Shown here one piece after another: positions 63,710-64,000 of a stretch of DNA of 64,000 nucleotides. The DNA comes from Mobula hypostoma (lineage: Eukaryota): NCBI RefSeq assembly GCF_963921235.1, contig NC_086106.1, positions 22,754,001 through 22,818,000 on the forward strand. Direction: 5' to 3'. Made by a program: the position numbers and the translations under genes. Within the stretch, counting starts at the first letter, position 1. Every line of letters begins with the position of its first letter. Under the pieces are notes generated by a model. That model was not told where the DNA came from and searched no databases. It saw only the letters and a program-made list of their open reading frames with translations.

Positions 63710-63748
63710 CACAAGGGTATGGAACTAGTCTGAATCTGGACAATAACT
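63710..63748 (+). promoter_or_regulatory. Recombination signal sequence with 23-bp spacer (V2), degenerate heptamer
   Basis: CACAAGG (63710-63716), 23-nt spacer GTATGGAACTAGTCTGAATCTGG, nonamer ACAATAACT (63740-63748). Confidence 0.88.
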
Positions 63749-64000
63749 ACTTGAGTTATTAAGCGGCAGCTGAATGCAACTGCGGTTTCTGAGCGTCTGT
63801 ATATCCTTGGACGTCCCGACATACACCAAAATAACAATTTATTTGCTGAGATTATTATCCAACAGATAGTGTCACCTTAATCATATTACTGCCCAATCCG
63901 TTCCAATGCGCATCCGGCTACCAACATTTCGCCTAAAATATTCATACGACAAAAGAAACAACAGAACCTTCGTATTTTTTTCTCGCTATTTTGAAGAAGG

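Overview
Eukaryotic, TE-saturated vertebrate DNA. The CR1, Penelope and SINE types and the V-segment sequences suggest a cartilaginous fish, probably a ray (inference). The only host-gene features I can support are two T-cell-receptor alpha/delta-type V segments in opposite orientation, each followed by a 23-bp-spacer RSS. V1 (minus strand, leader 46828-46783, V exon 46680-46371) has an open frame, intact splice sites and a near-consensus RSS, but Tyr replaces the first Ig cysteine and Phe replaces the conserved Trp. V2 (plus strand, 63404-63709) is a pseudogene with a frameshift and a stop. Most of the remainder is decayed, often nested mobile DNA: many CR1 LINE copies; Rex1/Babar, Nimb/I, L1 and Hero-like (restriction-like endonuclease) non-LTR elements; a Gmr1-type Gypsy provirus (gag-PR-INT-RT order); two solo LTRs; a Tc1 IR/DR transposon; tRNA-derived SINEs; and Penelope-type fragments carrying minimal hammerhead-ribozyme motifs. 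I found no prokaryotic genes, CRISPR arrays, rRNA or true tRNA genes. TE family names come from recalled motif similarity, not database searches. Boundaries without a TSD are approximate. I see no unambiguous wholly new system; the best leads are the disulfide-less V segment, the ribozyme-bearing insert and an unclassified 487-bp TSD-flanked element.
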